The notes under the pieces were generated by a model, which had not been told where the DNA came from, did not search any database, and saw only the letters and a program-made list of their open reading frames with translations. Below, piece by piece: positions 49,925 to 63,112 of a DNA stretch of 64,000 nt. Position 1 is the stretch's first letter. The number at the start of each line of letters is the position of its first letter. This DNA is from Torpedo marmorata (taxonomy: Eukaryota), in the NCBI GenBank assembly GCA_977017645.1, contig OZ360220.1, forward strand, positions 263,004,001-263,068,000. The letters run 5' to 3'. The translations under genes and the position numbers were made by a program.

Positions 49925-50735
49925 GAGAGGTGGCAGATGGAGTTCAATCCGAATAAGTGTGAAGTGATGCACTTTGGAAGATCAAACGTGAAGGCGGAGT
50001 ACATGGTTAATTGCAGGATTCTTCACAGTGTGGAAGAACAGAGAGCTCTTGGGGTCCAGGCCCATACATCCATCAAGTTGACAGGATGGTTAAGAAAGCA
50101 TATGGAGTGCTGGCCTTCATTAGTTGGGGAATTTACCTCGAGAGCTGTGAGGTAATGTTGCAGTTCTATACAGTATAACTCTGGTTAGACTACACTGGGG
50201 GAATTTCCTTCAGCTCTTGTCACCTCATTACAGAAGGGATGTAGATGCTTTAGAGAGGGTGCAGAGGAGATTTACCAGGATATTGCCTGAATTGGAGAAC
50301 AAGTGATTAAAAGCAAGGTTGACAGAGCTAGGGCTTTTTACTTTCGAGCAATGAAGGATGAGAGGTGACTTGATAGAGTATGAGGGGCATAGATAGGGTG
50401 GACAACCAGCACCCTTTTTGTGGGGGGCGACAATAGCAAATACCAGAGGACCTCTGTTGAGGGTGAGTGGATGAGATTTTATGGGAGATGACGGAGGTAA
50501 GTGTTTTATAAAGAGAGTGGTGGGTGCCTAGAATCTATTGTCGGGGGTGGTGGTGGAGGCTGATACAATGGGAACCTTCAAAAGACTCTTAGATGGGCAC
50601 ATGGGTGTAAGAGAAGTAGAGGATTATGGGTGTGAGGTGGGAAAGGATTTGATTGTTGGGGAGCTGGTTTACATAGGTTGTCATAACGTTATGGGTTGAA
50701 GGGCCTGTACTGTGATGTAATGTTCTACGTTCTCC
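49925..50735 (+). mobile_element. Decayed CR1 3' fragment
   Basis: WQMEFNPNKCEVMHFG and a CR1 3' terminus. Confidence 0.78.
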
Positions 50736-51448
50736 CCAATTCTCCTCCACCTCAAATATAGCAGCTGTAGTTCAAGTTAGATTTCATTGTCATGTGGTCC
50801 AAAGTACAGGGAGAGTTTTTTATGAGCAGTACAGCTCATACATAGTACACCAAGTAAGATATCGTACAAAAGTACATAGTTACAGAGAAGGATCAGTTAA
50901 TGCAGAGCAAAGGCAACATAATTTTACTGGTGTGGGGTTCATTCAGGAGTCTGATAACAGTGGGAAAGAAACTGTCCATTGGACACCAAATTTCCTCAAG
51001 CTTCTGATGAAGTAGAAATGCTGGTGCTTTCTTGACTATTGTGTCGACGTGGGTGGACCAGGACAAGTCATTGGAGATGTTACACCTTGGAAATTAAAGC
51101 TGTCCACTATCTCCATCTCAACACCATTGATACAGACCGGGGAGTGAGCTCCACCCAGAAATATAGAACCAGCCCCATTGGTCTTGTTGACATTGAGGTC
51201 CTGGCACCAAGCCACTAGTCCCTCTCTCTGGCTTCTACGCTCCCACTCCCCATCATTAGAGATCCTGCTGTGGTGTTGTCTGCAAACTTATAGATGGAGT
51301 TGGAGTGGAGTTTGGTCACACAATCTTGGGTGTACAGGGAATATAGTGGGCACAGCCTTGTATCAGAGTGAAACAAATATTATTGCATGACATTGTTTCT
51401 TTATTGTAATAACTAATTCTAGCAGTTGATGTTCTTTCCTTCTCACAG

Positions 51449-51544
51449 GGTAACTCACTTCTCTTCATGCCTAATGTTCTCAAGGTGTATTTGGAAAATG
51501 GACAGACTAAAGCCTTTAGATATGAGAAAAATACGACTGTGAAG
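51449..51544 (+). CDS. FRMPD1: FRMPD1 coding exon E (start of FERM domain), 96 nt
   Basis: tcacag|GGT...AAG|gtagaa; translates [32 protein letters not shown]. Confidence 0.96.
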
Positions 51545-52087
51545 GTAGAATTCTTCCTTTGTTATGTTTGTTCCTTGCTGTTTATTTTCTTCTGGAAGAT
51601 TTCCTCAGTAAAATTCCTTGTTATTTCTAATATAGATCAGTTACAAGAACGCAACGACATCGGAGCAGTGGTTGGGCATCAGATCCTTCAAGCTTGCCTC
51701 ACTATTTAATGTGATCATTGTTGATCTATTCCAGCCTCAATTCCTTCTCTGTGCTATTTCTCCAACCCCCTCTATTCCTTGATCTATCAAATATTTATTT
51801 ACCTACACTTTAAATGCTTCCAATGATCCAGGTTCCATCATCCACTGGAGCAGACAACTCCAGAGAGTCACCACCCTTTGCAAGAACAATTTTCTACATA
51901 CTGTACCTTTGTTTTAATTGACTGGTCCCGTACCTTGTAATTACATTCTCTAGTTTGACATTCTTCCACTGGGGAAAACATCTCAACACCTACCCCATCA
52001 AACTCACTTAGGATCTTAAAAGTTTAAATAAGGACACCCCTCACTATTTTAAGCTCTAAGGAATACAAGCAAAAATACTTAATAAGA

Positions 52088-53020
52088 CAATGTGGTAAAT
52101 TGGATCAGCAAGTTTGCAGATGACACTAAGATTGGAGGTGTTGTGGACAGCGAAGAAGGTTTTCACAGCTTGCAGAGGGATCTGGAACAGCTGGAAAAAT
52201 GGGCTGAAAAATGGCAGATGGAGTTTAATGCAGACAAATGTGAGGTGTTGCATTTTGGAAGGACAAACCAAGAAAGGACATACACGGTAAATGGTAGGGC
52301 ACTGAGGAGTGCGGTAGAACAGATGGATCTGGGAATACAGATACATAATTCCCTGAAAGTGGCGTCACAGGTGGATAGGGTTGTAAAGAGAGCTTTTGGC
52401 ATATTGGCCTTCATAAATCAAAGTATTGAGTACAGGAGTTGGGATGTTATGTTTAAGTTGTATAAGACATTGGTGAGGCCTAATTTGGAGTATTGTGTGC
52501 AGTTTTGGTCGCCTAAATACAGGAAAGATAAGATAGAAAGAGTGCAGAGAAGATTTACTAGGGTGTTGCCCGGACTTCAGGAACTGAGTTACAGAGTTAA
52601 ACAGGTTATTCCCTGGAGCGTAGATGAATGAGGGGAGATTTGATAGAGGTATTTAAAATTATGAGGGGGATAGACAGAGTAAATGTAGATAGACTTTTTA
52701 CACTGAGGGTAGGTGAGATACAAACCAGAGGATATGGGTTAAGAGTGAAAGGGGAAAAGTTTAGGGGGAACATGAGGGGAAACTTCTTCACACACAGAGT
52801 GGTGGGATTGTGGAACGAGCTGCCAGCTGAGGTGGTGAATGCGGGCTCAATTTTAACATTTAAGAGGAATTTGGACAGGTACATGGATGGGAGAGGTATG
52901 GAGAGCTATGGACTGGGTGCAGGTCAGTGGGACTAGGCAAAAAAAATGATTCGGCATAGACTAGAAGGGCCGAAGAGGCCTGTTTCTGTGCTGTAATGTT
53001 CTGTGGTTCTATGGTTCTAT
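52088..53020 (+). mobile_element. Young 5'-truncated CR1, same subfamily as 46010-48750
   Basis: Near-identical to 47818-48750; (GGTTCTAT)n tail. Confidence 0.92.
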
Positions 53021-54733
53021 CCCTTTCGTCCCAGGAATTAGTCTAACAAATCTTATTTGTCCTTCCTCTGATGTTACTATATGTTTATTTTAGGTAAGGG
53101 GACCACAACTGTATACCATATTCCAGGTGAAGCTTCACCAACTTCCTGTACAAGGGCAACAAAACCTCCCTGCTTTTAAACTCCAACCCCTTTGCAATGA
53201 AGACTTTAATGCCATTTGCCACCTTTACTACTTGTTGAAACCGCCTCCCAGCTTTTTATGATTCATGCATGAGAACATCTAGATCCCTCTGTGCTTCTCA
53301 CTTGCAGGCTTTCACCATTAAGCTAATAATCTGCCTTTTGATTTCTTTTACCAAAGTGACCTCACACTTCCCTGCACTAAACATCTTTTTCCCACTCAAA
53401 CAATCGATATCCCATTAACTTTAACCTCATCACCACATCCCTCCATCTATTTTTGTATCATTGGCAAATTTGGATAAATTACTCACTGTTCCTTCAATGA
53501 GCTTTAATTATATTAAGATATCCTGAATGATTAGCTATTTCCTCTTTGAATATAGACATTCATGTATTGCCAATATTAGCTGGTAAATTAACTGCCCTGT
53601 CGTTCTCCTTTTTTGAACAAGACAGTCATATTGACTCTTTTCCTCTCTTCTGGTACCATTCCCAAGTTTAGTGAGGGATGAGCATTTTTTAACCAATAGG
53701 TCCACTATCTCTGCAGCCAATTCCTTTAAAACTCTAGTGTGCAGTCGAGTTCTGGTGATCTGTCTGCTTTTAGCCCCCAACCACCCGCCCCTCCCAAGTT
53801 TCTCCAATTCTTTATCCTTTGTAATTGGGATTTTTGTACGTTTTACCATGTTATGTAAAATTAGCATGACTGATATCTTAGGGATATTACCAATGTCTTC
53901 CACAGTGAAGTCTGATGTAAAAAAAAATCAATATATCTGCTACTTTTTTTTGTTATTATTAATTCGCCATACTCATTCTCTGGAGGCCAAACATTTACCT
54001 GAGCTGCCTCTTTTTATTTACATTGACAGAAACTTTTATGGTTTGTTTTCATACTACACGCAAGGTTTCTCCCAAAATGTATTTTCTCCCTTCTTAAGAG
54101 CTTTATAGTCTTCTGATGCTCCAACTTCAAAAGCTTCCCAGTCCTCTGGTCTGCTACTGGCCTTTGCCACGTTGTGTATCCTAGTTTTCAATTTAACTTT
54201 ATTCTTTACTTCATTTGTTAACCACAGACTCTGCCTCTTTCTCATGGATTCCCTCTTTTTGATTGGGCAAAACTCTTGCTGAGCATTATAGACCAGCTGT
54301 TTGAATATGTTCCACAGTTCCTCTGCTGACCTATCTCTTAGCTTGTTTACTCACCCCACTGCTAGAAACTCCTCCTTCATACTAATATAATTGTTTTTAT
54401 TTAAATTGAAGCCATTAATTATGGATCTATGATGTTCATCCTGAAACTGTATTTGCTATTCTATCATATTGTGGTCACTACCACATTAGACCAAATCCAA
54501 AATATTCCATTTGCAGAAGAGCTCTGCAATCTACTGCTCTATAAATCATTCCGCAAATTCTTCTTTTACGATACCCTTGCCAGTTTATCCATCCACTCAA
54601 TATGTTGACCAAAATCTCCTATCACATGCCCTTGACGTTTCCCCTATGCTATGTCCTATTGGGAGGTCAAATTTTGGGCATCTATAAACCTTCCCCTGCT
54701 ACTCATAATTTCCACCCAAACCAATTCCACGTC

Positions 54734-54986
54734 ACGGTTGGCGTAGCGGTTAGCACAAAGACTTTACAGCGCCAGGAATCGGGACTGGGGTTCGAATCCC
54801 ACGCTGTCTGTAAGGAGTTTGTATGTTCTCCCCGTGCCTGTGTGGGTTTTCCCCGGGGGCTCCGGTTTCCTCCCACCGTGTAGGTTAATTGGGTGTAAAT
54901 TGGGCGGCACGGACTCGTGGGCCGAAATGGCCTGTTACCGTGCTGTATGTCTAAATTTAAATTTAATTTAAAAAATTTTTAAATTG
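54734..54986 (+). mobile_element. V-SINE (HE1-like)
   Basis: A box TGGCGTAGCGG, B box GGTTCGAATCCC, V-core and (TTTAAA) tail; flanked by a CCACGTC repeat. Confidence 0.88.
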
Positions 54987-56012
54987 CCACGTCCTTTATG
55001 CCAAGACTCAGCACTGCTCTGGTACTTTTCTTGATTAAGGAAACCATCCCACCTTCTATTTGCTTTGGCCAGATTTTTGGCAAAAATAAACTTTATTCAC
55101 AATAAAATTATGTGCAAAAGAAATAACCATTCAAAGTCTTTTCACATCCTGAGTTCACTGACATACATTACATTGCTGTCCATTGTTAAATTCGTTTTCT
55201 AATTTGCTATGTAGCACTGTTGCCACACCTGTGGCCCCTTGCAGTAACTCCCCCCTCTGTTGTTTGAGAGGCTTCCCCACCGATCTCAGCCCCTCAATGT
55301 CCTGTAGCAAAAAGACTCTAGACTGAGGTCCTTCCCCACAAAGCTCTTGCATTGGCCGTGCCAGTGAATAGCCTGGAATATTTCACACTCAGTCCGAGTC
55401 ACCCTGCGATCTCATTTCTGTAAAGCTATTGCATTTTACTCATATTTTGCTCTCTGTGCAATCAACTCATCTATCTTTTTGCAAATGTTACACATGCATT
55501 AAAATAAAGAACATTAAGCTTTGATTTTTTTTTACAGGTACAGTATTTACAACAGTAGATTTGTTTTGTTTTGCCTATTTTCAATTACATCATCTGCACT
55601 GGTCTGTTGCATGTTGACTGTCAGTTTCCTGCTATTATTCTGTGCTACTGCTCTTTAATTTCCTCCACATTTATTCAACTTTCTGCTCTTGGAGCCCTTC
55701 ATCCTCCTAGTTAGTTAAAGCTCCAGTTATTGCCATTTGCCAGGACACTGGTCCCAACAGAGCTCAGCTGGAGCCCATCCCAGTGGAACAGCTGTCTCCT
55801 TCCCGAGTCCTGGAACCAGTGTCTCATGAATCAGAACCCATTTTTCCTACACCAAACTCTGAGCCATACATTTACTTCCCTAATCGAGTTTACCATTTGC
55901 CAACTTTCACCTGGCTCAAATAATAATTCGAAGTTTATTACCCTTGTGGTTCTGCTTTTCAATTTTGTCCTGAGCTCCTCATAATCCTTTAGCACAACCT
56001 CTTTCCTCATCC

Positions 56013-56230
56013 TCAGAATCAGAATCAGAATCAGAATTTATTGTCATGAACAAGTCATGAAATTCGGTGCTTTGCGGCAGCATCATAGTGCAATTAACAT
56101 TCATATTAACCATCTAACGACATTACTATATAAAAAAAATTATAAACAATAGTGCACTAGTGTCTTTGGTTCATTGATTGTTCAGGAATCTGATGGCAGC
56201 GGGGAAGAAGCTGACCTTGTGCCGTTGAGT
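56013..56230 (-). mobile_element. Short 3' end of the same Rex1 family as 1-1461
   Basis: Reverse complement matches ~1240-1461, including the (TTCTGA)n tail. Confidence 0.9.
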
Positions 56231-57639
56231 CCTAGCTATGTCCTTGGTGCCCACATGGACTATGACCACTGGATTCTCCTCCTCCCATTCCAAATTCTTC
56301 TGCAGTCTGGAAAAAATATCCTTAACCCTAACACAAGGCAGGCAATACAGCCTTTGAAATTCTGTCTTTGCTGCAGAGAAAAGTGTCAGTTCTGGGAGAA
56401 CTGTTAATCATATGACTCGATTGTTTCAATTCTTCTGTTACTGCTCAAATCATTTGCCAGATGCAGGAGGAGCAGAGACACCATAGTTCTGTTCTATAAT
56501 GATAATTTTCATAGATATGTATCCATTTTAATTAAATATAATGTAGGCTATAAACTTCCTGAACTCAAAGGTAATTTCTGTTGTCATAATTTTGGTCAGT
56601 ATATTATTTCAACATTTAACCTGAGAATTTGCATCAGTTTTCCCCCATTTAATGGTTAAGATGCATTTGCAGGATCTGGCCATTGGATAGCTATACTCAG
56701 TGATATGTTTCACAGCTGGTAAGGCTGGGTTGTGGGGAGAGGGCCAGGGCATGACTTGACCAGTTATCAAAACATTTCTGTGGCCAGCATCTGCCATCTA
56801 TGTAAGAAGGCCTTGCATTGGCCTGGGCCTCACCAATCAGGGACCAGCTTGGGAGTTTGCTTCAGACATGAAAAGGTCTCCTCTTCTGCTAAGCCTGTCC
56901 CAAGGGCTCAGGGATGTAGCAGCTATAAACTCTGCCACATTGACTCCAAAGTTACAAAGGTTAGGTTAAACGAACTAGGGTGGCATACCCTGGAACTAAG
57001 AAGATGTAATGATGTATTTCCAAGTCAGTGGTTGGTGGAGATGTTAGAGTAGAGCAGTAAGTTTAGGGCAGACAGAAGAGTGGACTAGAGAATTTGTTGC
57101 AAGTGGAATATTGAAGAAAGGAATCCATTTTTCCAGCTTCGTCAGTCCCTTCCCTTCTCACTAGACTTTTCATGCCAAAACTCCTTTACTTTGTTTTTGC
57201 CACCATTCAAGGACTCAACCAATCCTTTCAGGTGAAGAAGTTTCTACATTTAATGCTCACAATATGGTCTCCTCTAAACTGGACATTTAGAGAGCACCTC
57301 TAAGTCAGTCCCTGAAGGTGACTCTGAACTGGGAGTTTTCTGACACTTGAATTCTCTGCTCTACTTCCTGACATATCTGTCTGTGGTCTCCTGCATTTTC
57401 AATGAAGCCCAACTTAAGCTTGAGAAGCAACATTTTATCCTCTCTTTGCACGTTGCAGCAACCAATATCAAGTTGAACAATTTCAGGTGATCCCCGTTTT
57501 CTGTTTGTATCAGAATTGCCCAGTTTTGTTGCAACATGATCCACATGCAATGTTGACTCTCTTTCCACAGTCACAGTGTGAGGCACATCCAGTATGTGCC
57601 TTTGGTTTCAGCAACACCTCTGATCTAAATTGACAAAGC

Positions 57640-59320
57640 CAGAGGTTATGGATGTGATGGGTGGTGAGGACCTGGATACAATACCTATCTCAAAAGAGGT
57701 AGTGCTGAGCAAACTTGTGGGCCTAAAGATAGATAAGTCCCCTGGTCCTGTTTCAATACATCCCAGGGTACTGAAAGAAATGGCAGAAGTTATCGTCTAG
57801 GTTTTGGTGATAATTTACCAAAATTCTCTGGACTCTGGGCAGGTCCCAGCAGATTGGAAGACGGCGAATGTCACGCCACTGTTCAAAAAATGATGTAGGC
57901 AAAAGGCAGGGAACTATAGGCCAGTTTGTTTAACATCTGTATTTGGGAAAATGCTTGAAGCTATAATTAAAGAAGAAAGAGCGAGGCATCTGGAATGAAA
58001 TTGATCCATTAGGCAGACGCAGCATGGATTCAGCAAAGGCAGGACCTGTTTGACAAACTTACTGGAGTATTTTAAGGATATAACAATGCAGTAGAAAGAG
58101 GGGAACGGATGGAGGCTGTTTACCTGGATTTCCAGAAGGTGTCCGATAAGGTGTCGCATAAAAGACTTATCCATAAGATAAGGATGCATAGAGTTCAGAG
58201 TGTTAGCATGGATAGAGGATTGGTTAACCAATAGAAAACAGAGAGTTGGGATACAGGGGTGTTTTTCTGGTTGGCAATCAGTGGTGAGCGGTGTGCTGCA
58301 TGGGTCGGTGCTGGGCCAGCAATTGTTCATGATATACATTAATGATTTGGAAGAGGGGACAGAGTGTAATGTATCTAAGTTTGCTGATGTCACTAAATGA
58401 GTGGAAAAGGAAATTGTGCAGAGGATATGGAGAGTCTGCAGAGAGATATAGATAGGTTAAGTGAGTGGGCAAAGGTGTGTCAGATGGAGTACAATGTTGG
58501 TAAATGTGAGGTTATCCACTTTGGAAGGAAAAATGGAAGATCAGATTATTATTTAAATGGCAAGCGATTGCAGCATGCTTCTGTGCAGAAGTACGTGGGA
58601 GTGCTTGTGCATGAATCGCAAAAGGTTGGTTTGCAGGTGCAGCAGGCTATCAAGAAGGCAAATGGAATGTTGCCTTCATTGCTAGAGGGATTGAATTTAG
58701 GAGCAGGGAGGTTATGCAGCAACTGTACAGGGTACTGGTGAGGCCACATCTGGAGTACTGCGTGCAGTTCTAGTCTCCTTACTTGAGGAAGGATGTACTG
58801 GCTTTGGAGGCGGTGCAGAGGAGGTTCACCAGGTTGATCCAGAGATGAGGGGGTTAGCTTATGAGGAGAAATTGAGTCGTCTGGGACTGTACTCGCTTGA
58901 ATTTAGAAGAATGAGAGGGGATCTTATAGAAACATATAAAATTATGAAAGGCAAAGATACGATAGAGGTACTGTAGGTAATTTCTTTCCACTGGTAAATG
59001 TGACAAGAACTAGGGGACATAGCCTCATGATTCAGTGTAGTAGATTTAAGATGGAGATGAGGAGGAACTGCTTTTCTCAGAGAGTGGTGATTCTGTGGAA
59101 TTCTATGTCCATTGAAGCAGTGGAAGCTACCTCTGTAAATATATTTAGGACAAAGTTGGATAGATTTTTACATAGGGGAATTAAGGGATATGGGGAAAAG
59201 ACAGGTTGGTGGAGATGAGCCTATCATCAGGTCAACCATGATCTTACTGAATGGCGGAGCAGGCTCGACAGGCCAGATGGCCTTCTCTTGCTCCTATTTC
59301 TTATGTTGTTATGTTCTTAT
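57640..59320 (+). mobile_element. CR1 LINE RT and 3' end, decayed
   Basis: WIEDWLTNRKQRV, SKFAD, QMEYNVGKCEVIHFG; (TTCTTATG)-like tail. Confidence 0.88.
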
Positions 59321-59367
59321 AGCTTAACAGGTCTCTAATTTTCACTCACTCACTCAATCTCTCCTGT

Positions 59368-59514
59368 NNNNNNNNNNNNNNNNNNNNNNNNNNNNNNNNN
59401 NNNNNNNNNNNNNNNNNNNNNNNNNNNNNNNNNNNNNNNNNNNNNNNNNNNNNNNNNNNNNNNNNNNNNNNNNNNNNNNNNNNNNNNNNNNNNNNNNNNN
59501 NNNNNNNNNNNNNN
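59368..59514. other. Assembly gap (147 N)
   Basis: Run of N. Confidence 1.
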
Positions 59515-60160
59515 CCTATCAACATTGACTGAAAACTTGAGAATCACCTGGGAAACCCTCAGCTCACCCTATCAGAGATATCTCATGTGATCTATTTACC
59601 CTCCTCCACCCTCTCTACAACTTAAAACTGGCTTGTGTTCTCTCTTCCCTTGTTCCGATGAAGGGTATTTGACCTGAAACATTAATGCTGTTTCACTTTC
59701 CACAGGTGATGCTTGACTGCTGAGTGTTTCCACCTTTTTCTGTTTTAGTTCATATTTCCAGCATCTGCAGTTTTTCTGATTTTGTATTTCGAAGTAAGAA
59801 TTGTGTGCTATTGTGTAGTAATCTTCATGTGGTGGTGTTTCTATCCTCCTGTGCTTCCAGGGAGGAGAAATCAGATTTTAGAAGAGTTCTGAGTTGGAAC
59901 AGATCATTTTGCAGCTGATAAGCTGGATAGCCACTGTACACAAGTGGTGGAATGATTGCATTTTCAAGGGTCTTGTTCTACCTACCTTGGCTCCATCCTT
60001 TTTCCTCAGTCTAGTCTTTTCCCTTTCATATCTGTGATACTTTAGTTGGCCTTTGCCTCTTCCATAGTTTCCAATTCCCTGCTCCCAGCCAGTTCACCTA
60101 CATCATGGATGTATGACCCTCTATATTTCTGTCTCACAGCAGGAGGGTCTGAATGCCCTG

Positions 60161-60370
60161 AGTGAAACACGAAAGGCTGCAGACGCTGTGATTGTGGTCA
60201 AAACTCAGAAATGCTGAAGGAACTCAGCTGGTCTCGTAGTGTCCATAGGAGGTAAAGATAACTTACTGACATTTCGGGCCTGAGCCCTTCCTCAAGGTAT
60301 TCCTCAAGATATCGTTACCTCCTGTGGACTCTGCAAAACCGGCTGAGTTCTTCCAGCATTTTTGTGTTTT
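60161..60370. mobile_element. Palindromic Penelope-terminus mini-element (210 bp) inserted into an older Penelope RT remnant
   Basis: 15-bp TSD GGTCTGAA(T/C)GCCCTG at 60146-60160 and 60371-60385; inverted arms; hammerhead-like core on the minus strand. Confidence 0.82.
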
Positions 60371-60757
60371 GGTCTGAACGCCCTGTACTTCTTTCTTGAA
60401 TAGACACTCAACTAGCTCCTCTCCAACAATTAATTTATTCACTTGGCTGAACTTGTCCTAACAATGAACTCTCACACTACTCACTTACTTTAAATTTAAG
60501 GTGCAGCTAAGGGCAGTCACATGGACCTAATTTATGTCCTTGTTGCAGGATTGTGGACAGTAGATGGAACATGGGCTGGGATATTAGGGTGTTCACTACA
60601 TCAAGGATCAGTTCTTTACTTTTCTGATGTGCCAATAATCATTGTCTGTGAAATATCTTCTGTGGTTGTATAGTTGCATTTGTCCTGCATTGTGTCTTGT
60701 GAAATTCAGAAAAAGAATGAGATTTAAGTTGAACTCCCATTCTTCTCTAATTCACAG

Positions 60758-60883
60758 GATATCATTCTAACCTTGAAATCAAAGTTGTCCATTCGCTGCA
60801 TTGAATACTTTGCGTTAGCTTTGAAGGAACGGTACAGTTTCACTAAAGTCTATCTCTTACATGAGGATGAGATCATTGAACAG
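60758..60883 (+). CDS. FRMPD1: FRMPD1 coding exon F (FERM), 126 nt
   Basis: tcacag|GAT...CAG|gtatga; translates DIILTLKSKLSIRCIEYFALALKERYSFTKVYLLHEDEIIEQ, closer to FRMPD1 than to FRMPD4 as I recall them. Confidence 0.96.
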
Positions 60884-61194
60884 GTATGAAAAAAATCAGG
60901 CCATTGTATTCCAGAGGGTCAGGTCATCTTGTAAAGTGAAGAGTTAAATCTCCCTTTCTCTGAATCTAGTTTACATTCTGTCAAGCTATCTGAACAAATA
61001 TTGATCTCATCAAGTCTGATCTTTCCAACATTTCAGCCTCCTGTAAAAGCTTGATATCCAGAGGAGTTTGGTAAAGGAATTACAAGAGATAAAATACCTT
61101 TTCTAATAAAATCAGGAATGGTAATGTTGATCAATAGCTGAATAGCTGAAATCACTGCCGTCTCCCTCTTTCCCCCCCCCATCCCCCCCCCCAC

Positions 61195-61572
61195 CATCGA
61201 CGTGATCTACCGGGATCGTTGTCTGAAGAAGGTGCGCAAAATCATTGAGGACCCCTTCCACCCCGCACACAGCATCTTTCAGCTGCTCCCGTCAGGAAAG
61301 AGATACAGGAGTATCAGAGCCAGCACCACCAGGCTGAGGAACAGCTTCTTCCCACGGGTAGTGAGAATGCTGAACGACCAAATGAACTGCTCACACTAAC
61401 ATCCGAGACTCTCATATTCATGAAACAATATTTATTTATTTATATGAATACTTGTTCTGCATATGTATTGTTTGTCTGTATGTGTGTTATGTCTGGTTGT
61501 GTGTCTGCATGTCTACTCTTTCGTCAGGTTGTACTTGTACAATCAGATGACAATAAACTTGACTTGACTTGA
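61195..61572 (+). mobile_element. Rex1/Babar-type LINE 3' fragment (third subfamily)
   Basis: [31 protein letters not shown]; GACAATAAA plus (CTTGA)n tail. Confidence 0.85.
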
Positions 61573-61597
61573 AGGATTAGATTTTCTCCATCTAAAT

Positions 61598-62637
61598 CAG
61601 GGGTGGCCAAACTTGCTTAATGTAAACTTCAGATGTTTGACAGCTGCAGGACATTAAAAAATATTACATACACGTTTTTACTCTTACATGCACATTTTGT
61701 TGCGAAACTTTTATATAAATATTAAGAAATACATGTACATAATAACATTTATTCACGTATGTAGTTTTTAAACTGCTAATTTGTATTAGTTTCAATAATC
61801 AAAATGTACACATAATGTATATACTTGTATAATAGTCGAATTTTATGGACCAATTTTTAGAGTAAAATTTAGGGGGTCAACTATTACATGCATACTACTT
61901 TTGACTGCAGTAAGTACCTGTGTTATTCAGGGTGTCTGGAGCTCGGATAGGCGGGCGGGCGGCCAGGACCAGGTGGTAAGACCGTGTTTGAGGCGTCGGG
62001 AGCCTGGGTGGGCGGGCAAGTGGCCGGGACTAGGTAGTAAGTCAGTGTTTGGGGTGTCGGAAGCTAGGATAGGAGGGCGGGCGGCCGGTGTCTAGGTGAG
62101 AGTCTGCAGTCGGGGCATCGGGAGCTCGGATGGGCGGGCGAGTGGCCGGGTGATAAGTCTGGGTTCGGTGCTTTGGAGCTCAGGTGGCTGGGTGGCCGGG
62201 GCCTAGGCGAGAGTACGCGGTCGGGGCATCAGGAGCTTGGATGGGAGGGCAGCCGGGGTGTTGGGAGCTCGGATGGGAGGGCGACTGGGGTGTCGTGAGC
62301 TTGGATTGGCGTGCAGCCGGGGCCTAGGCGAGATTCCGTGGTCGGGGCGTCGGCAGCTCTGGAGGGCGGGCGGTCTGGGCCTGGGCGAGAGACGGCAGTC
62401 GGGGCGTCGGGATCTCGGATGGGAGGGTGGCCTGGGCCAAAAATAGGGGATTGACTTTTACATGGTATTGACTATTGCACGCGTATATACGGCATACATG
62501 CCAAATATTTTCAATCACAGACCACACCCACTAAAATTACCATTGTGAGCACCTGTCTCAGCCAACATATTTCCGCAAGCCGCACATTATGTCAAAGAGT
62601 CACATGTGGCTCGTGAGCCAGGGTTTGGCCACCCCTG
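61598..62637. mobile_element. hAT/Charlie-type non-autonomous element with a nested mariner-type element
   Basis: TIR CAGGGGTGGCCAAAC / GTTTGGCCACCCCTG; TSD ATCTAAAT / ATCTAATG. Confidence 0.85.
61815..62492. mobile_element. Tc1/mariner-type MITE with an internal GC-rich degenerate tandem array
   Basis: Ends TA|ATGTATATAC..AATAGTCGA and TTGACTATT..GTATATACGG|CA; recurring GGAGCTCGGATGGG and GGCCGGGGCCTAGGCGAG units at 61930-62435. Confidence 0.7.
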
Positions 62638-62992
62638 ATCTAATGACACACTGAGCAACATGAAAATAGCTCTCTTTACCCTGACCAACTGTACAGCACT
62701 TGTGAAGATCTTTTCAAAGCTGAAAGCACTGTTGTAATCTGAACAACAAAGGAACAGTTAAAAAGTATATTGTATCAATGGAATCTGGGATTCTCTTCCC
62801 AAATCAGACACTAATAAATTAATGTTAGTAAATTTGTCAGGGATGAGACACTGGTCCTGACCATAATCTCACCTAGTGGGTGTATGCTTTGTGTTTAAAT
62901 ACGAATCTAAAGAAAATTATTTCTTAGTTATTTCACACAGGTGATAGTAATAATTCATCTGCAGGTGGAAATGTTTTCTGCCCTTGTTATAG

Positions 62993-63112
62993 GTGGTACA
63001 GAAGCGAGAACCCCGTGACTATAAATGCCTCTTCAGGGTGTGTTTCATGCCAAGAAATCCTCTGGTGGTTTTACAAGATGACCCAGTTACCTTTGAATAC
63101 CTGTACTTGCAG
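62993..63112 (+). CDS. FRMPD1: FRMPD1 coding exon G (FERM), 120 nt; the gene continues beyond the window
   Basis: ttatag|GTG...CAG|gtatgt; translates VVQKREPRDYKCLFRVCFMPRNPLVVLQDDPVTFEYLYLQ. Confidence 0.96.

Larger units (their letters stand above)
51640..56000 (-). mobile_element. Old, heavily decayed CR1 LINE hosting several younger insertions; boundaries approximate
   Basis: CR1 3' end in reverse at ~51640; remnants such as RVLKELAAEIVD (53535..53903) and WLTNEVKNKVKLK (54054..54245). Confidence 0.6.

Noticed and set aside
54734-54805. tRNA gene
   Set aside because: The A/B boxes run straight into a V-SINE core and CR1-like tail; it is a SINE head.
61930-62435. CRISPR-like array
   Set aside because: Degenerate tandem units without unique spacers, in vertebrate DNA with no cas genes.
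62956-62992. Alternative acceptor CTGCAG|GTG 28 nt upstream of exon G
   Set aside because: It would shift the frame and has a weak pyrimidine tract; no supporting evidence.
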